64,000 bases of DNA from Bdellovibrionota bacterium (GTDB lineage Bacteria; Bdellovibrionota; UBA1018; CAIPTA01; JAALKR01). How positions within the stretch are numbered: the first letter of the stretch is position 1; each line of letters opens with the position of its first letter. Shown here piece by piece: positions 9,380 through 19,210 of this stretch. The position numbers and the translations under genes are program-made. The stretch is taken from assembly GCA_965207455.1 (NCBI GenBank), contig CBDBMJ010000001.1:672001-736000 (forward strand), written 5' to 3'. Under the pieces are notes generated by a model. The model was given only the letters and a program-made list of their open reading frames with translations, made no database searches and was not told the origin of the DNA.

Positions 9380-10261
9380 GTGTTTTCTTTAGCAGAATAC
9401 AAACGTAGCATACGACCATTTTATTTAGAAGAACCAATGGACTATTGTTTCTTTCGTCCTATTGCCTATATTATTGTAAAACTCACATGGAATCTTCCTT
9501 TAAAACCCGATCATTTTTCCATATGTTCTTTAATCGTGTCTATTCTATCAGCATATTTTCTGTCGACGGGCACGCCCAATGGATTTTTACTTGGAGGCCT
9601 AGGAATGCTTGCCTTTGGTGTCTGGGATTGCTGCGACGGAATGTTAGCGAGACTCAAAAATAACGGTTCGAAATATGGAGAATTTATCGACATGTTTGTG
9701 GATTTAATTTCCTCTGCTGCTGCTTATATTGGCCTATCCATAGGTCTTTACAATTCGACAACCCTCTCCCTTCCTCCATACTTGGCTATCTTTTCTGCCC
9801 TTTGCCTTTTGCTACACCTGAGCCGATACCAACACTATAAGAAACAGTACCTTTTCTATCTAAAGGGGGACCCCGAAGGCAGGGCTCAGGAAGTAGATAA
9901 ATATAAACAAGAGTATGAAAATCACTCCAAAGGAATTTTTGAAAAAATCCTTCTTCGTATGTTCCTTGTATATAACCGGATTCAACCGAAGCCTAGGAAG
10001 GACATGGAAACTGAAAAATACCTAAAATATAATAAAATCACTTTGCCACTATGGGGAGTGATTTCTGGAGCGTCCCATCTTTTTGTACTTTTTTGTACCC
10101 TGGTATTTCAAAGAATAGATTTATATTTTATGTACGCCCTTATCTTTGGAAATATTTGGTTTGTTATAATACTTTCTCTTCAAACACAAATAAATCGCCA
10201 TATCTCCATCAAGCCTTTGTCCTCTCAAAATAAACGAATAAAGGCTCTAGGGGAAAAGTAA
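9380..10261 (+). CDS. CDP-alcohol phosphatidyltransferase family protein
   Basis: Signature DCCDGMLAR...GEFIDMFVD; multiple TM helices. Confidence 0.9.
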   Translation: MFSLAEYKRSIRPFYLEEPMDYCFFRPIAYIIVKLTWNLPLKPDHFSICSLIVSILSAYFLSTGTPNGFLLGGLGMLAFGVWDCCDGMLARLKNNGSKYGEFIDMFVDLISSAAAYIGLSIGLYNSTTLSLPPYLAIFSALCLLLHLSRYQHYKKQYLFYLKGDPEGRAQEVDKYKQEYENHSKGIFEKILLRMFLVYNRIQPKPRKDMETEKYLKYNKITLPLWGVISGASHLFVLFCTLVFQRIDLYFMYALIFGNIWFVIILSLQTQINRHISIKPLSSQNKRIKALGEK

Positions 10262-10882
10262 ATGGCATTACTGATTGGTATCATCGGCGGCTTTGTTATG
10301 TCCATTCCGATTGGCCCCATCAATGTTTGGGTCATAAAAACCTGTGTTAAGAAAGGAATGAAAATTTCCATGGCTATCGCTCTAGGAGGATCCGTTATGG
10401 ATTTCATTTACTTTTTTATTGTTCTTTCTGGTCTATCTTGGCTTGAGTTTAGCGAAAGCCTTGCCTTTTACCTGAAACTCATCGGCGTTTGTTTTATTTT
10501 TTTACTGGGCCTAAGAGAACTAATGGCAAAAAATATTCTACTCCATGATCCTAAATACCGGGCAACACCAAAAGAATTACTAGGAGCCGTTCTACTAGGT
10601 GTAATTATTTATACCTCCAACCCCACTCTTTTATTCACAATGACCGCACTGGGAGCGTTCTTAAAAAGCCTAGAACTGTTTCCTTTTACCCAATGGAATA
10701 TACTCCTTATCTCCACAGGAGTAGGACTGGGAACATTCCTATGGTTTGTTGTGTTGACCCAAGTAATTCGCCGCTACCGAGAAGTAATCCTCAAGAAATA
10801 TTTAAGTTACTTTACAAAAATTAGTGGTATACTCATGATAACTTTGAGCGTCATTATGGCCACTCAATGGTTCCAAAACTAG
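10262..10882 (+). CDS. LysE family translocator
   Basis: SIPIGPIN N-terminal motif, SNP motif, about 6 hydrophobic helices. Confidence 0.85.
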   Translation: MALLIGIIGGFVMSIPIGPINVWVIKTCVKKGMKISMAIALGGSVMDFIYFFIVLSGLSWLEFSESLAFYLKLIGVCFIFLLGLRELMAKNILLHDPKYRATPKELLGAVLLGVIIYTSNPTLLFTMTALGAFLKSLELFPFTQWNILLISTGVGLGTFLWFVVLTQVIRRYREVILKKYLSYFTKISGILMITLSVIMATQWFQN

Positions 10883-10884
10883 GG

Positions 10885-10960
10885 GGGCGGTTGAAATGGG
10901 CGGTTGAAATGGGCGGCTAAAAATGGGGCCTAAAAAGGGGCACAAAAAGAGAGTCAAAAA
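10885..10960 (+). repeat. decaying 12-14 bp tandem repeat
   Basis: GGGCGGTTGAAAT x2, then GGGCGGCTAAAAAT, GGGGCCTAAAAA, GGGGCACAAAAA, GAGAGTCAAAAA. Confidence 0.75.
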
Positions 10961-10985
10961 GGCTTAAGCAAAAAGGAGACAAAAA

Positions 10986-12596
10986 ATGAAAAAAACAACG
11001 CGACTAAAAAGAATGCTAGAGAGCAAAGAGATGAGCTTTCTCATGGAATCCCATAACGGCCTATCAGCTAAGATTGTGGAAGAAGCTGGATTTTCTGGTA
11101 TCTGGGGCAGTGGACTGTCCATTAGCGCAGCCCTAGGTGTTCGAGATAATAACGAAGCATCCTGGACCCAAGTCTTAGAAGTCATGGAGTTTATGAGTGA
11201 TGCCACCTCTGTCCCTATCCTCCTAGATGGAGACACAGGCTATGGAAATTTTAATAATATGAGACGACTTGTGAAAAAACTGGAGCAACGGGAAATCGCC
11301 GGCGTTTGTATCGAGGACAAATTATTTCCAAAAACAAACAGCTTTTTAAGAGGAGAAAAACAACCCCTTGCAGATATAGATGAATTTTCTGGAAAAATTA
11401 AGGCAGGCTTAGATGCAAGGACGGACGAAGATTTTTGTATTGTAGCTAGAGTGGAAGCATTTATTGCAGGCTGGGGACTAGAAGAAGCTTTAAAGAGAGC
11501 GGAATCCTACCGAAAAGCTGGAGCTACGGCGATACTCATGCATAGTAAAAAAAATAATCCCAGTGAGATTTTTGCTTTTATGAAAGAGTGGGGAAATCGC
11601 TGCCCAGTAGTCATCGTACCCACAAAATACTATAGCACCCCCACAAAAGATTTTAAAGAGCATGGAATTTCTACTGTAATATGGGCCAATCATGTTCTAC
11701 GCACTTCCATTCAAGCTATGCAAAATACGGCGAAACAAATTTACAAAGAGCAAAGCTTGATGGGTGTGGAAGATCAAATCGTATCTGTAAAAGAAATTTT
11801 CCGCTTACAAGATGATAAAGAACTAGCCGACGCAGAGAAAAAGTACTTTCAACAGGACACGGAAAGCAACGCTATTATATTGGCCGCTAGTCAGGGAAAG
11901 GAGCTAGGAGAGCTAACCATAGACAAGCCAAAGGCCCTACTTCATGTAAATGGCGTACCTATTCTTCAGCAAGCCATCGATAAAATCAGGAATTTTGGAA
12001 TAAATAATATCTCCGTAGTTCGTGGTTATAAAAAGGAATCTTTTCCCGACTTGGGATGTGAGTATATTGATAATGATCATTTTAGTGAAACGGGAGAATT
12101 ATATTCTTTATTTTTAGCAAAAGATAAAATTAAAGAGAATATTTTAATTGGCTATGGAGATATCGCTTTTAAAAGCTATGTTTTAAATCTTTTAGAAGAT
12201 AGTAAGTCGGACATCTGTATCTTAGTGGATAGCAATATTCAGGACAGGAATAAAGGTTGTGTGGAAGATTATGTAATTTGTAGTCAAGAAAATAAAAAAC
12301 AGTTTGGATTAGACTCTTCAAAACTATTGAATATTTCCCTATCTGCTAAAGGAGACCTTTCCTTCGAGCCCCATGGAGAATGGATTGGAATTTTAAAGGC
12401 TAACCCCAAAGGGTCAAAAAACATTCGAACCGCATTGGATCACTTATCCAAGAAAGCTGATTTTAATGAACTGAAGATGTCTAATTTATTTCAAGAGCTC
12501 ATTTCTAAGGATGTGGAGATAGGAGTAGTTTATATCGAAGGTGGATGGATGGATGTGGACAGCTATAAGGATTTTGAAAAAATTCAAGTTTTTTAA
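10986..12596 (+). CDS. aepX: phosphoenolpyruvate mutase fused to a C-terminal nucleotidyltransferase domain
   Basis: PepM signature EDKxxxxxNS ([11 protein letters not shown]), LDGDTGYG. C-terminal domain ILAASQG...KPKALL...GYGDI...WMDVDS. Confidence 0.95.
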   Translation: MKKTTRLKRMLESKEMSFLMESHNGLSAKIVEEAGFSGIWGSGLSISAALGVRDNNEASWTQVLEVMEFMSDATSVPILLDGDTGYGNFNNMRRLVKKLEQREIAGVCIEDKLFPKTNSFLRGEKQPLADIDEFSGKIKAGLDARTDEDFCIVARVEAFIAGWGLEEALKRAESYRKAGATAILMHSKKNNPSEIFAFMKEWGNRCPVVIVPTKYYSTPTKDFKEHGISTVIWANHVLRTSIQAMQNTAKQIYKEQSLMGVEDQIVSVKEIFRLQDDKELADAEKKYFQQDTESNAIILAASQGKELGELTIDKPKALLHVNGVPILQQAIDKIRNFGINNISVVRGYKKESFPDLGCEYIDNDHFSETGELYSLFLAKDKIKENILIGYGDIAFKSYVLNLLEDSKSDICILVDSNIQDRNKGCVEDYVICSQENKKQFGLDSSKLLNISLSAKGDLSFEPHGEWIGILKANPKGSKNIRTALDHLSKKADFNELKMSNLFQELISKDVEIGVVYIEGGWMDVDSYKDFEKIQVF

Positions 12597-12619
12597 GAAC
12601 CATTAGTGAGGACGTAATT

Positions 12620-13780
12620 ATGGACGCTAACATTTTTTTAGATAAGTGTAGAGAACATGGATTTCATCTTTTCACAGGCACACCCTGTTCCTACTTAAAA
12701 CCATTTATCAATCAAGTGATTGACGATCCTAGCTTAGAATTTGTGGGTACCACAAATGAGGGAGATGCTGTAGCCCTTGCCACAGGAGCTTGGCTCGGCG
12801 GGCGACGTTCCGTTGTTATGTTTCAAAATTCTGGTTTAGGCAATGCCGTAAACCCATTGACCTCCCTTAGCCAAATAGTGAAAGCACCTTTTTTGGGAAT
12901 TGTTACGTTAAGGGGAGAGCCTGGCGGTCCTAAGGACGAGCCTCAACACAAATTAATGGGTTCTATCACAACCGATCTACTGAGCTTGATGGAAATTCCT
13001 TGGTCCTATTTTCCCCAAGAAAGCTCTGAAGTAACAAAAGCTTTTTCCCATGCAGAAAAAATGATGGAGGAAAATAAGACACCATTCTTTTTTGTAATGA
13101 AAAAGGGAAGCGTGGACAGCTACGAACTACAATCTTCTCTCAAAGAATATATAACAAAAGAATACAACGCTAGAGTAAATAAAAAACGTACCGGTAAAAT
13201 AGAATTTACTCGAACACAAGCACTAACAACCATTAAAGAAACATTGGGAGATAAATCTGTATATATTGCCACAACGGGAAAGACGGGAAGAGAACTTTTC
13301 ACTTTGGGAGATACGGAAAATCAATTGTATATGGTGGGGTCCATGGGATGCGCACTTCCCCTGGGATTAGGAATCACCACAACGGAATATAAGAATCCTG
13401 TGTGCGTGATAGATGGTGATGGAGCCATTTTAATGAGAATGGGCAATATGGCTTTGGCAGGGCAGATGAAACCAAAAAATCTACTCCATATCGTATTAGA
13501 CAACGGCATCCACGATTCCACAGGAGGACAAAGAACATTTTCAGAAACAATAGATTTCTGTGAAGTGGCCCTTCACTGTGGCTACGATTCCTCTTGGGAA
13601 CTGGACTCTTTGGATGCCCTGGAATCCACACTTCGAACTGTTATACAGAAAAACAATGAAAGCGGCCTACACTTTATACGTTTCTTTATTCGACCAGGAT
13701 CCCCTGCCCAATTAGCTAGACCCACAGTGCAACCTCTGGATGTTGCCATGCGATTAAAAAAGTATATAAATTTAGGGTGA
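12620..13780 (+). CDS. aepY: phosphonopyruvate decarboxylase
   Basis: FTGTPCSYLK, NEGDAVA, QNSGLGNAVNPL, DEPQH, TPP motif DGDGA...DN. Confidence 0.93.
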   Translation: MDANIFLDKCREHGFHLFTGTPCSYLKPFINQVIDDPSLEFVGTTNEGDAVALATGAWLGGRRSVVMFQNSGLGNAVNPLTSLSQIVKAPFLGIVTLRGEPGGPKDEPQHKLMGSITTDLLSLMEIPWSYFPQESSEVTKAFSHAEKMMEENKTPFFFVMKKGSVDSYELQSSLKEYITKEYNARVNKKRTGKIEFTRTQALTTIKETLGDKSVYIATTGKTGRELFTLGDTENQLYMVGSMGCALPLGLGITTTEYKNPVCVIDGDGAILMRMGNMALAGQMKPKNLLHIVLDNGIHDSTGGQRTFSETIDFCEVALHCGYDSSWELDSLDALESTLRTVIQKNNESGLHFIRFFIRPGSPAQLARPTVQPLDVAMRLKKYINLG

Positions 13781-13783
13781 GAG

Positions 13784-14923
13784 ATGCAAAAAGAAACAAT
13801 AACAAAAGAAATACAAAGAAATATTTTACTGAATCCGGGACCCGCAACAACTTCTGCTCAAGTGAAGTCTTCGTTAGTGGTGGAAGATATTTGTCCACGA
13901 GAACAAGAATTTGGCTTACTTTTAGATGATATACGAAAAAAATTGCTTTTAGTTGCAAACGGAGAAGCAGAGTATGAAGCAATTCTATTGGGTTCTTCTG
14001 GTACGGGAGCCATGGAATCTTGCCTACATTCTTGTTTGGATCAAGATGACAACAAGAAAATTCTCATCCTAGAAAACGGTGCTTATGGGCATAGAATGAA
14101 TAAAATTTGCAAATCCTTAGCAATTAAAGCCGATATGTTATCTTTTGGCTATGATGGCCCCATTGATTTGCAAAAAGTGAAGGAGCATTTACAAAAGAAG
14201 AAATATTCTGTAATGGCTTTTATCCACCATGAAACCACCACAGGAATGATAAATCCGTTAGAGGATTTGAATAGAATAGCAAAAAAATTTAATGTAGCAG
14301 TGATGGTGGATGCCATGTCCTCTTATGGAGGAATCCCCATTGACTTAGAAAAAACTGACGTGGATTATCTTATTTCTTCATCTAATAAATGCATACAGGG
14401 TATGGCTGGGCTGGGGATAGTTTTGGCTAAGAAAAAAGAATTGGAGAAAATAAAAAACTATAAAAATAGGAGTTTTTATTTTAATTTGTACAATAACTTT
14501 TTAAATCAGAAAGAAACAAAGCAATTTTTGTTCACACCTCCCGTACAGATTGTTTATTCCTTAAATAGTGCTTTGGATGAGTTCTTTGCTGAGGGAGGGA
14601 TTTCTGCTCGCTGGGAACGCTATTCTTGCCTGTATAAAGATATGTTTCAAGGGATGGTCCAAATGGGCTTTGCCCCACTTTTACCCGAGTCTTATCATTC
14701 TAAAATATTAACAACTTTTTTAGAACCTAAATGTCCTAACTATAATTTTGATTCAATGCATGATTTTTTGTATAAAAAAGGAATCACAATTTACCCAGGA
14801 AAAATTGACAGTAGGGGAACGTTTAGGATTTCTAACCTAGGTGACTTATCTCAAGAAGACATTGCCTATTTCCTGTCGACCGTGAGGGAGTACTTAAATT
14901 TCCATAAAATAAAGTTTTCATAA
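13784..14923 (+). CDS. 2-aminoethylphosphonate aminotransferase (AepZ/PhnW family)
   Basis: LLNPGP, HHETTTG, VDAMSSYGG, SSNKCIQG (PLP Lys), FTPPVQ, IYPGK. Confidence 0.9.
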   Translation: MQKETITKEIQRNILLNPGPATTSAQVKSSLVVEDICPREQEFGLLLDDIRKKLLLVANGEAEYEAILLGSSGTGAMESCLHSCLDQDDNKKILILENGAYGHRMNKICKSLAIKADMLSFGYDGPIDLQKVKEHLQKKKYSVMAFIHHETTTGMINPLEDLNRIAKKFNVAVMVDAMSSYGGIPIDLEKTDVDYLISSSNKCIQGMAGLGIVLAKKKELEKIKNYKNRSFYFNLYNNFLNQKETKQFLFTPPVQIVYSLNSALDEFFAEGGISARWERYSCLYKDMFQGMVQMGFAPLLPESYHSKILTTFLEPKCPNYNFDSMHDFLYKKGITIYPGKIDSRGTFRISNLGDLSQEDIAYFLSTVREYLNFHKIKFS

Positions 14924-14925
14924 CG

Positions 14926-16065
14926 ATGAAATACTTAATTTCAATTAGTCTGTTTCTCTTTTCTTTTCAGCTTTTTGCTGAAGAGATTAAAATCTTTCAA
15001 ATAAACTACCCCACCAAAGGAGTGTTTGTTGATTACTATATTGACAAAGAAAATTGTGATTTTAAGCCCCAAACATTGAGAGTAAAAATAAATAATGAAA
15101 AACCGAGTTTATTGGCAGATTTTTACTATGGATTTACTTTGGTTTCTGAAAAGAAAAATGAGCTGGTTTTTTATTTGAATTCAGCTAAAAATATACAATT
15201 TATTTATAGAAAAATAAATAGCTGTGCGTTTAGCTTATTTGCAAAAGTAGATGATAGGGAAAGGGAATTGAAAGGGATTTACCTAGAGTATTATAATAGA
15301 TTGTATTTCCCCACATTAAAGTCCATTAATCTTGATTTTTCTAATGGAGAAACACTGGCTTTAGAACCTCAAGATGCTGAGGGATACCTTCCATTTTATG
15401 AGCTCTATTTTGGTGTTGGCTCTATTATTAATACAGATATTAGGGGAGATAACCAGAAGTTTATCCATGGAGGAGGAGTAAATATGGAACCCATCCCTGC
15501 CGTGTTTGTCCGCTACGGTCCATTTTTTTTAAATCATACTGGTTTGGGTTCGCTTTTTTTAAAATGGAATAAGCTTCTTGTTCTTGGGATTATACTAAGA
15601 GATGGGGAGCCTTACGAGTCAAAGAATAAACATATTCGAGAAAGAACAAATGCAAATTTTTTTGGACTTATGGTGGAATTTGATTTTTTAAATGTACAAT
15701 ATATTAAAGATATTTTTTTCGATCATGGTGCGGTTTTTAAAGCATCAATAGCCCCAACATTTCACCCCAACGCCCGTTGGACGATTAAGCCCGTATTTTC
15801 TGTTCATCACTGGAATGAAAAATATATAAATTATTATTTTGGAGTAAATGAAAGGGAAGCTTTGGCCACAGGTAAATCAAGATATAAACCCAGGCACAGT
15901 TATCAATATGCTCTTATGGTGGAAAATTATTTAAAGTATAAAGAATGGCAATTTATCACTTCCATTGGAATGAAATCCTATGGAAAAGAAGTATCCCAAT
16001 CTCCCATATCAGAAACAGATAAAGAACTTAAACTTGTTCTGGGATTTTTATATAAAATACTATAA
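14926..16065 (+). CDS. exported two-domain protein with C-terminal MipA/OmpV-like beta-barrel
   Basis: Signal peptide; YINYYFGV...EA and SPI motifs typical of MipA/OmpV; ends LGFLYKIL; extra ~130-aa N-terminal domain. Confidence 0.7.
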   Translation: MKYLISISLFLFSFQLFAEEIKIFQINYPTKGVFVDYYIDKENCDFKPQTLRVKINNEKPSLLADFYYGFTLVSEKKNELVFYLNSAKNIQFIYRKINSCAFSLFAKVDDRERELKGIYLEYYNRLYFPTLKSINLDFSNGETLALEPQDAEGYLPFYELYFGVGSIINTDIRGDNQKFIHGGGVNMEPIPAVFVRYGPFFLNHTGLGSLFLKWNKLLVLGIILRDGEPYESKNKHIRERTNANFFGLMVEFDFLNVQYIKDIFFDHGAVFKASIAPTFHPNARWTIKPVFSVHHWNEKYINYYFGVNEREALATGKSRYKPRHSYQYALMVENYLKYKEWQFITSIGMKSYGKEVSQSPISETDKELKLVLGFLYKIL

Positions 16066-16089
16066 TGGAATCTATCCAGGCATGGGCAT

Positions 16090-17301
16090 CTATGGATAGA
16101 GGAGATATGGAGCCTGAGTCTCCACCCATATTGCTTCATCTGACTTTAATTTTTTATCTAAATCACCATATTCACTTTGGGGATCATCTACCCATTTCCT
16201 AAGAAAATCACAGCCACTGATAATATCAATGGGTAGGTGTTTTTTTTCATATTCATAAGGAGGGTCGATCCATAGATTATTTTTATGGTTTTCCATGATT
16301 TTTAAACTTTTTAATACGGCAGCAATGAAACGATAGGGGCGAAACTTTTCAGATTCGTAGAAATGATTGTCGATGAAAATCTGAAATCCTTTGCAATGCT
16401 TACCTGTGAATTTATCGAAAGTAGGTTTAAAGGCAATGGGAAGCAGGGAAAATCCCTTTAATACTTCAGGAAAGTTTTTCTCTAGGGTGGTGGTAAGAGC
16501 GTGATTTATAGTAGGAGAACCCAGTATTTCCAATGGTCGAACAGTGCCTCGTCCTTCCGATAAATGAGTACCCTCTAGCAAAACTGTACCCGGATACATT
16601 TGAGCTGTGAATTTATTTCCTATATTGGGACTGGGTAGTACCCAAGATCGATCTTGGGGCCATGGATAATCTGCGGGCTGGTAATGATTGAGTTTTATAA
16701 TTTTTAAGTCCACATCGATTTTTTTATGAGCCTTATACCACAGAGCTGCTTCTCCCATGGTAAAACCATGGCGCATGGGCATGGGAGCTATACCCACAAA
16801 GCTGGTATAATCCATATTTAAAAGAGAACCTTCAATAGGCCTGCCCGCCGGGTTGGGGCGATCAAAAATCAAAAATTCTTTTTGAAACCTGGCACAGTCC
16901 TCTAAAAGATAAAACAGAGTGGTGAGAAAAGTGTATACTCTAGTGCCCACGTCCTGGAGGTCATAGATTAAAACATCAAAGGAGGAGGCCATCTCTGGAC
17001 TGAGTCTTCGCTGTTTTCCGTATAGACTAAAGGATGGAATGTTATATTGGGAGTCCACAAAGCTATTACTTTCTATCATGTTCGCCTGTTGCTCACCGTG
17101 GATGCCATGTTGTGGGCCAAAAGTGGCAGATAAGGGTAGATTATTTTGAAAAAAGAGGCTCACGGTGGGGCATAGATCTTGATTGACTGAAGCTGTATTG
17201 GCCACTAATGCTAGTCTTTTCCCCTTTAATTTTTTTTTATGGGTAGAGTGGGGAGAGAAAAATTCATCCACGCCAAATTGAGTCTCTGTATGTGTTCCCA
17301 T
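16090..17301 (-). CDS. exo-beta-N-acetylmuramidase NamZ (DUF1343) family
   Basis: FGPQHG, SLYG, DLQDVGTRVYT, DRPNP, RHGFTMGE, PSPN, SEGRGT. Start at ATG 17301 preferred. Confidence 0.88.
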   Translation of the reverse strand: MGTHTETQFGVDEFFSPHSTHKKKLKGKRLALVANTASVNQDLCPTVSLFFQNNLPLSATFGPQHGIHGEQQANMIESNSFVDSQYNIPSFSLYGKQRRLSPEMASSFDVLIYDLQDVGTRVYTFLTTLFYLLEDCARFQKEFLIFDRPNPAGRPIEGSLLNMDYTSFVGIAPMPMRHGFTMGEAALWYKAHKKIDVDLKIIKLNHYQPADYPWPQDRSWVLPSPNIGNKFTAQMYPGTVLLEGTHLSEGRGTVRPLEILGSPTINHALTTTLEKNFPEVLKGFSLLPIAFKPTFDKFTGKHCKGFQIFIDNHFYESEKFRPYRFIAAVLKSLKIMENHKNNLWIDPPYEYEKKHLPIDIISGCDFLRKWVDDPQSEYGDLDKKLKSDEAIWVETQAPYLLYP

Positions 17302-17381
17302 ATCCAATAGTATAGCAAAGCCACATAGTAAAGGAAATAAGGCTATTGCTTGTAAGGGATAAATCAAGTAGTTTAGCTATC

Positions 17382-17978
17382 ATGAACCGTAAGAATCCTC
17401 TCTCTTGGGCAAGGATGGGTTATGATTGGGTGCTTACTTGCTCTACTCGTCCCTATGCTACATTTGCTCTTTGTGCTGTTTCTTTTTTAGAGTCGATTAT
17501 TTTTCCCCTTCCTCCAGATATTTTTTTATTGGTTATGGGGGGGAATGCTCCCCGTAAGGCCCTATACTTTGCTTTTTTGGCAGCTTTATTTTCTGTTTTA
17601 GGCGCTGTATGTGGATATTTATTAGGTTTGGGGGCTTGGGGGTTTTTACAGGATTTTTTCCTCACTTGGGTTATTTCTCCAGAGTTTTTTGATACGGTGA
17701 AGGGCTTGTACCAAGAGAATACTTTTTGGACAGTCTTTGCGGGAGCATTCACGCCCATTCCTTTTAAAATTTTCACAGTATTGGGTGGAGTCTTTGGAGT
17801 TCCTTTTTCCCCTTTTTTATTGGCGTGTATATCGGGTCGATTCCTACGTTTTATGTGTATCGGGACTTTATTGTATTTTTATGGAAGTAGGGGACGTACT
17901 TTGGTGGAGAAGCACTTTAACTTGTTCACGATCATTTTTGTAATTATTCTATTTTTAGGATTTTGGGGAATAGCTTAG
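17382..17978 (+). CDS. DedA/YqaA (VTT domain) membrane protein
   Basis: SFLESIIFPLPPD, FTPIPFKIFT, GRFLRF. Confidence 0.88.
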   Translation: MNRKNPLSWARMGYDWVLTCSTRPYATFALCAVSFLESIIFPLPPDIFLLVMGGNAPRKALYFAFLAALFSVLGAVCGYLLGLGAWGFLQDFFLTWVISPEFFDTVKGLYQENTFWTVFAGAFTPIPFKIFTVLGGVFGVPFSPFLLACISGRFLRFMCIGTLLYFYGSRGRTLVEKHFNLFTIIFVIILFLGFWGIA

Positions 17979-17980
17979 GG

Positions 17981-19210
17981 ATGGAGAAAAGATGCGACAC
18001 TATTGAGGCTATTTTAAGGGAGAAGTTTTCCCACTGGTCCGTTCCCACAATGGTTGTGGGTGTTTCGGGGGGCTTGGATTCCATGGTTCTCCTAGAGGGT
18101 TTGTACCGGTTGTATGGGAATGTAAATGTATCTGTACTGCATATCAATCATGGTTTGCGGGGAGAGGAGTCTGGGGGGGACGAGGATTTTGTGCGGGAGC
18201 AGGCTCGGATTCGTGGATTGCCTTGTATTGTGGAGCGTTTGGTTTGGGAGGATGGAGAGAAGCCCAGTCAGGAGGCTTGTCGTATAAAGCGTTTAGATGT
18301 ATTTCAAAAATATACTAATGGGCATATTGTTTTAGCTCACCATTTGGAAGATCAAGCGGAGACTATTTTTCAGCGAATTTTACGGGGTACGGGACCTAAT
18401 GGGTTTGGGGCCATGGAGGAAAAAAGAGGTTTCTTTTTGCGACCTTTATTATCCGTTTCACGTTCGCAGATCCAAAGCAGTGCTCGCACTTGGAAAGTTC
18501 TCTGGCGAGAGGATAGCTCCAATGAAAACACAAAATATGAGCGTAACTGGATTAGGAAAAAAATCTTTCCACTCTTGGAGCAACGTCGGCCTGGCTTTCA
18601 AAACCGCCTTGTTAGCTTGGCAAAAGACATAAAAGATTTAACAAAAGAACCAGTGGAACTTACGATAGCGAGTAATCCAGCAGGAGAGGTCTATCAGCAA
18701 AGGGAACTCCTAGAGGCACCCAATACATTCTTTATCCAACACTTTCAGTGTCAAAGAAAACATATTATTTTTATTAAAGATTTATTGGAGAAGGGTAGGG
18801 GAAAGCTCTCCTTACCCAGTGGCGTGCTGTGGTTAAGTTGTGGCTATTGCCTATGGACAAAAAACCTTGAAAAGTGGGAGGCAGAGGCCTGTGGGAAAGA
18901 AAAGGCCGATAGGTGGGAAAGTATTCTAGGTACCTGGGAACGAAAAAATACCAACATACGTTTTAAGAGACGGTCGGAATTTTCAAAGGGTTCATTGAAA
19001 AAAAAGTTTATCTCTCAAAGAATTCCTGCCTTCTTTCGAGAAGCAGTGCCTGTGGGAATACAAAACCACAAAGAGGTTCTTTTTATGAAAAAACTGGATC
19101 AAGGCTCACAGTGGACTGTGGCAGGAGGACAAGTGATATACAAACCCGTTTTCTTTGCACCAACCCCAAAGGATCGCCCAAAGGATCGTTCAGAGGCTAA
19201 GGAATTTTAA
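17981..19210 (+). CDS. tilS: tRNA(Ile)-lysidine synthase
   Basis: PP-loop VSGGLDS, HINHGLRG, AHHLEDQAET, RPLL, EDSSN, RNWIR. Confidence 0.92.
   Translation: MEKRCDTIEAILREKFSHWSVPTMVVGVSGGLDSMVLLEGLYRLYGNVNVSVLHINHGLRGEESGGDEDFVREQARIRGLPCIVERLVWEDGEKPSQEACRIKRLDVFQKYTNGHIVLAHHLEDQAETIFQRILRGTGPNGFGAMEEKRGFFLRPLLSVSRSQIQSSARTWKVLWREDSSNENTKYERNWIRKKIFPLLEQRRPGFQNRLVSLAKDIKDLTKEPVELTIASNPAGEVYQQRELLEAPNTFFIQHFQCQRKHIIFIKDLLEKGRGKLSLPSGVLWLSCGYCLWTKNLEKWEAEACGKEKADRWESILGTWERKNTNIRFKRRSEFSKGSLKKKFISQRIPAFFREAVPVGIQNHKEVLFMKKLDQGSQWTVAGGQVIYKPVFFAPTPKDRPKDRSEAKEF

Noticed and set aside
10885..10924. GTTGAAAT repeats resembling a CRISPR repeat 3' end
   Set aside because: Units are 13 bp and directly adjacent, with no spacers and no cas genes.
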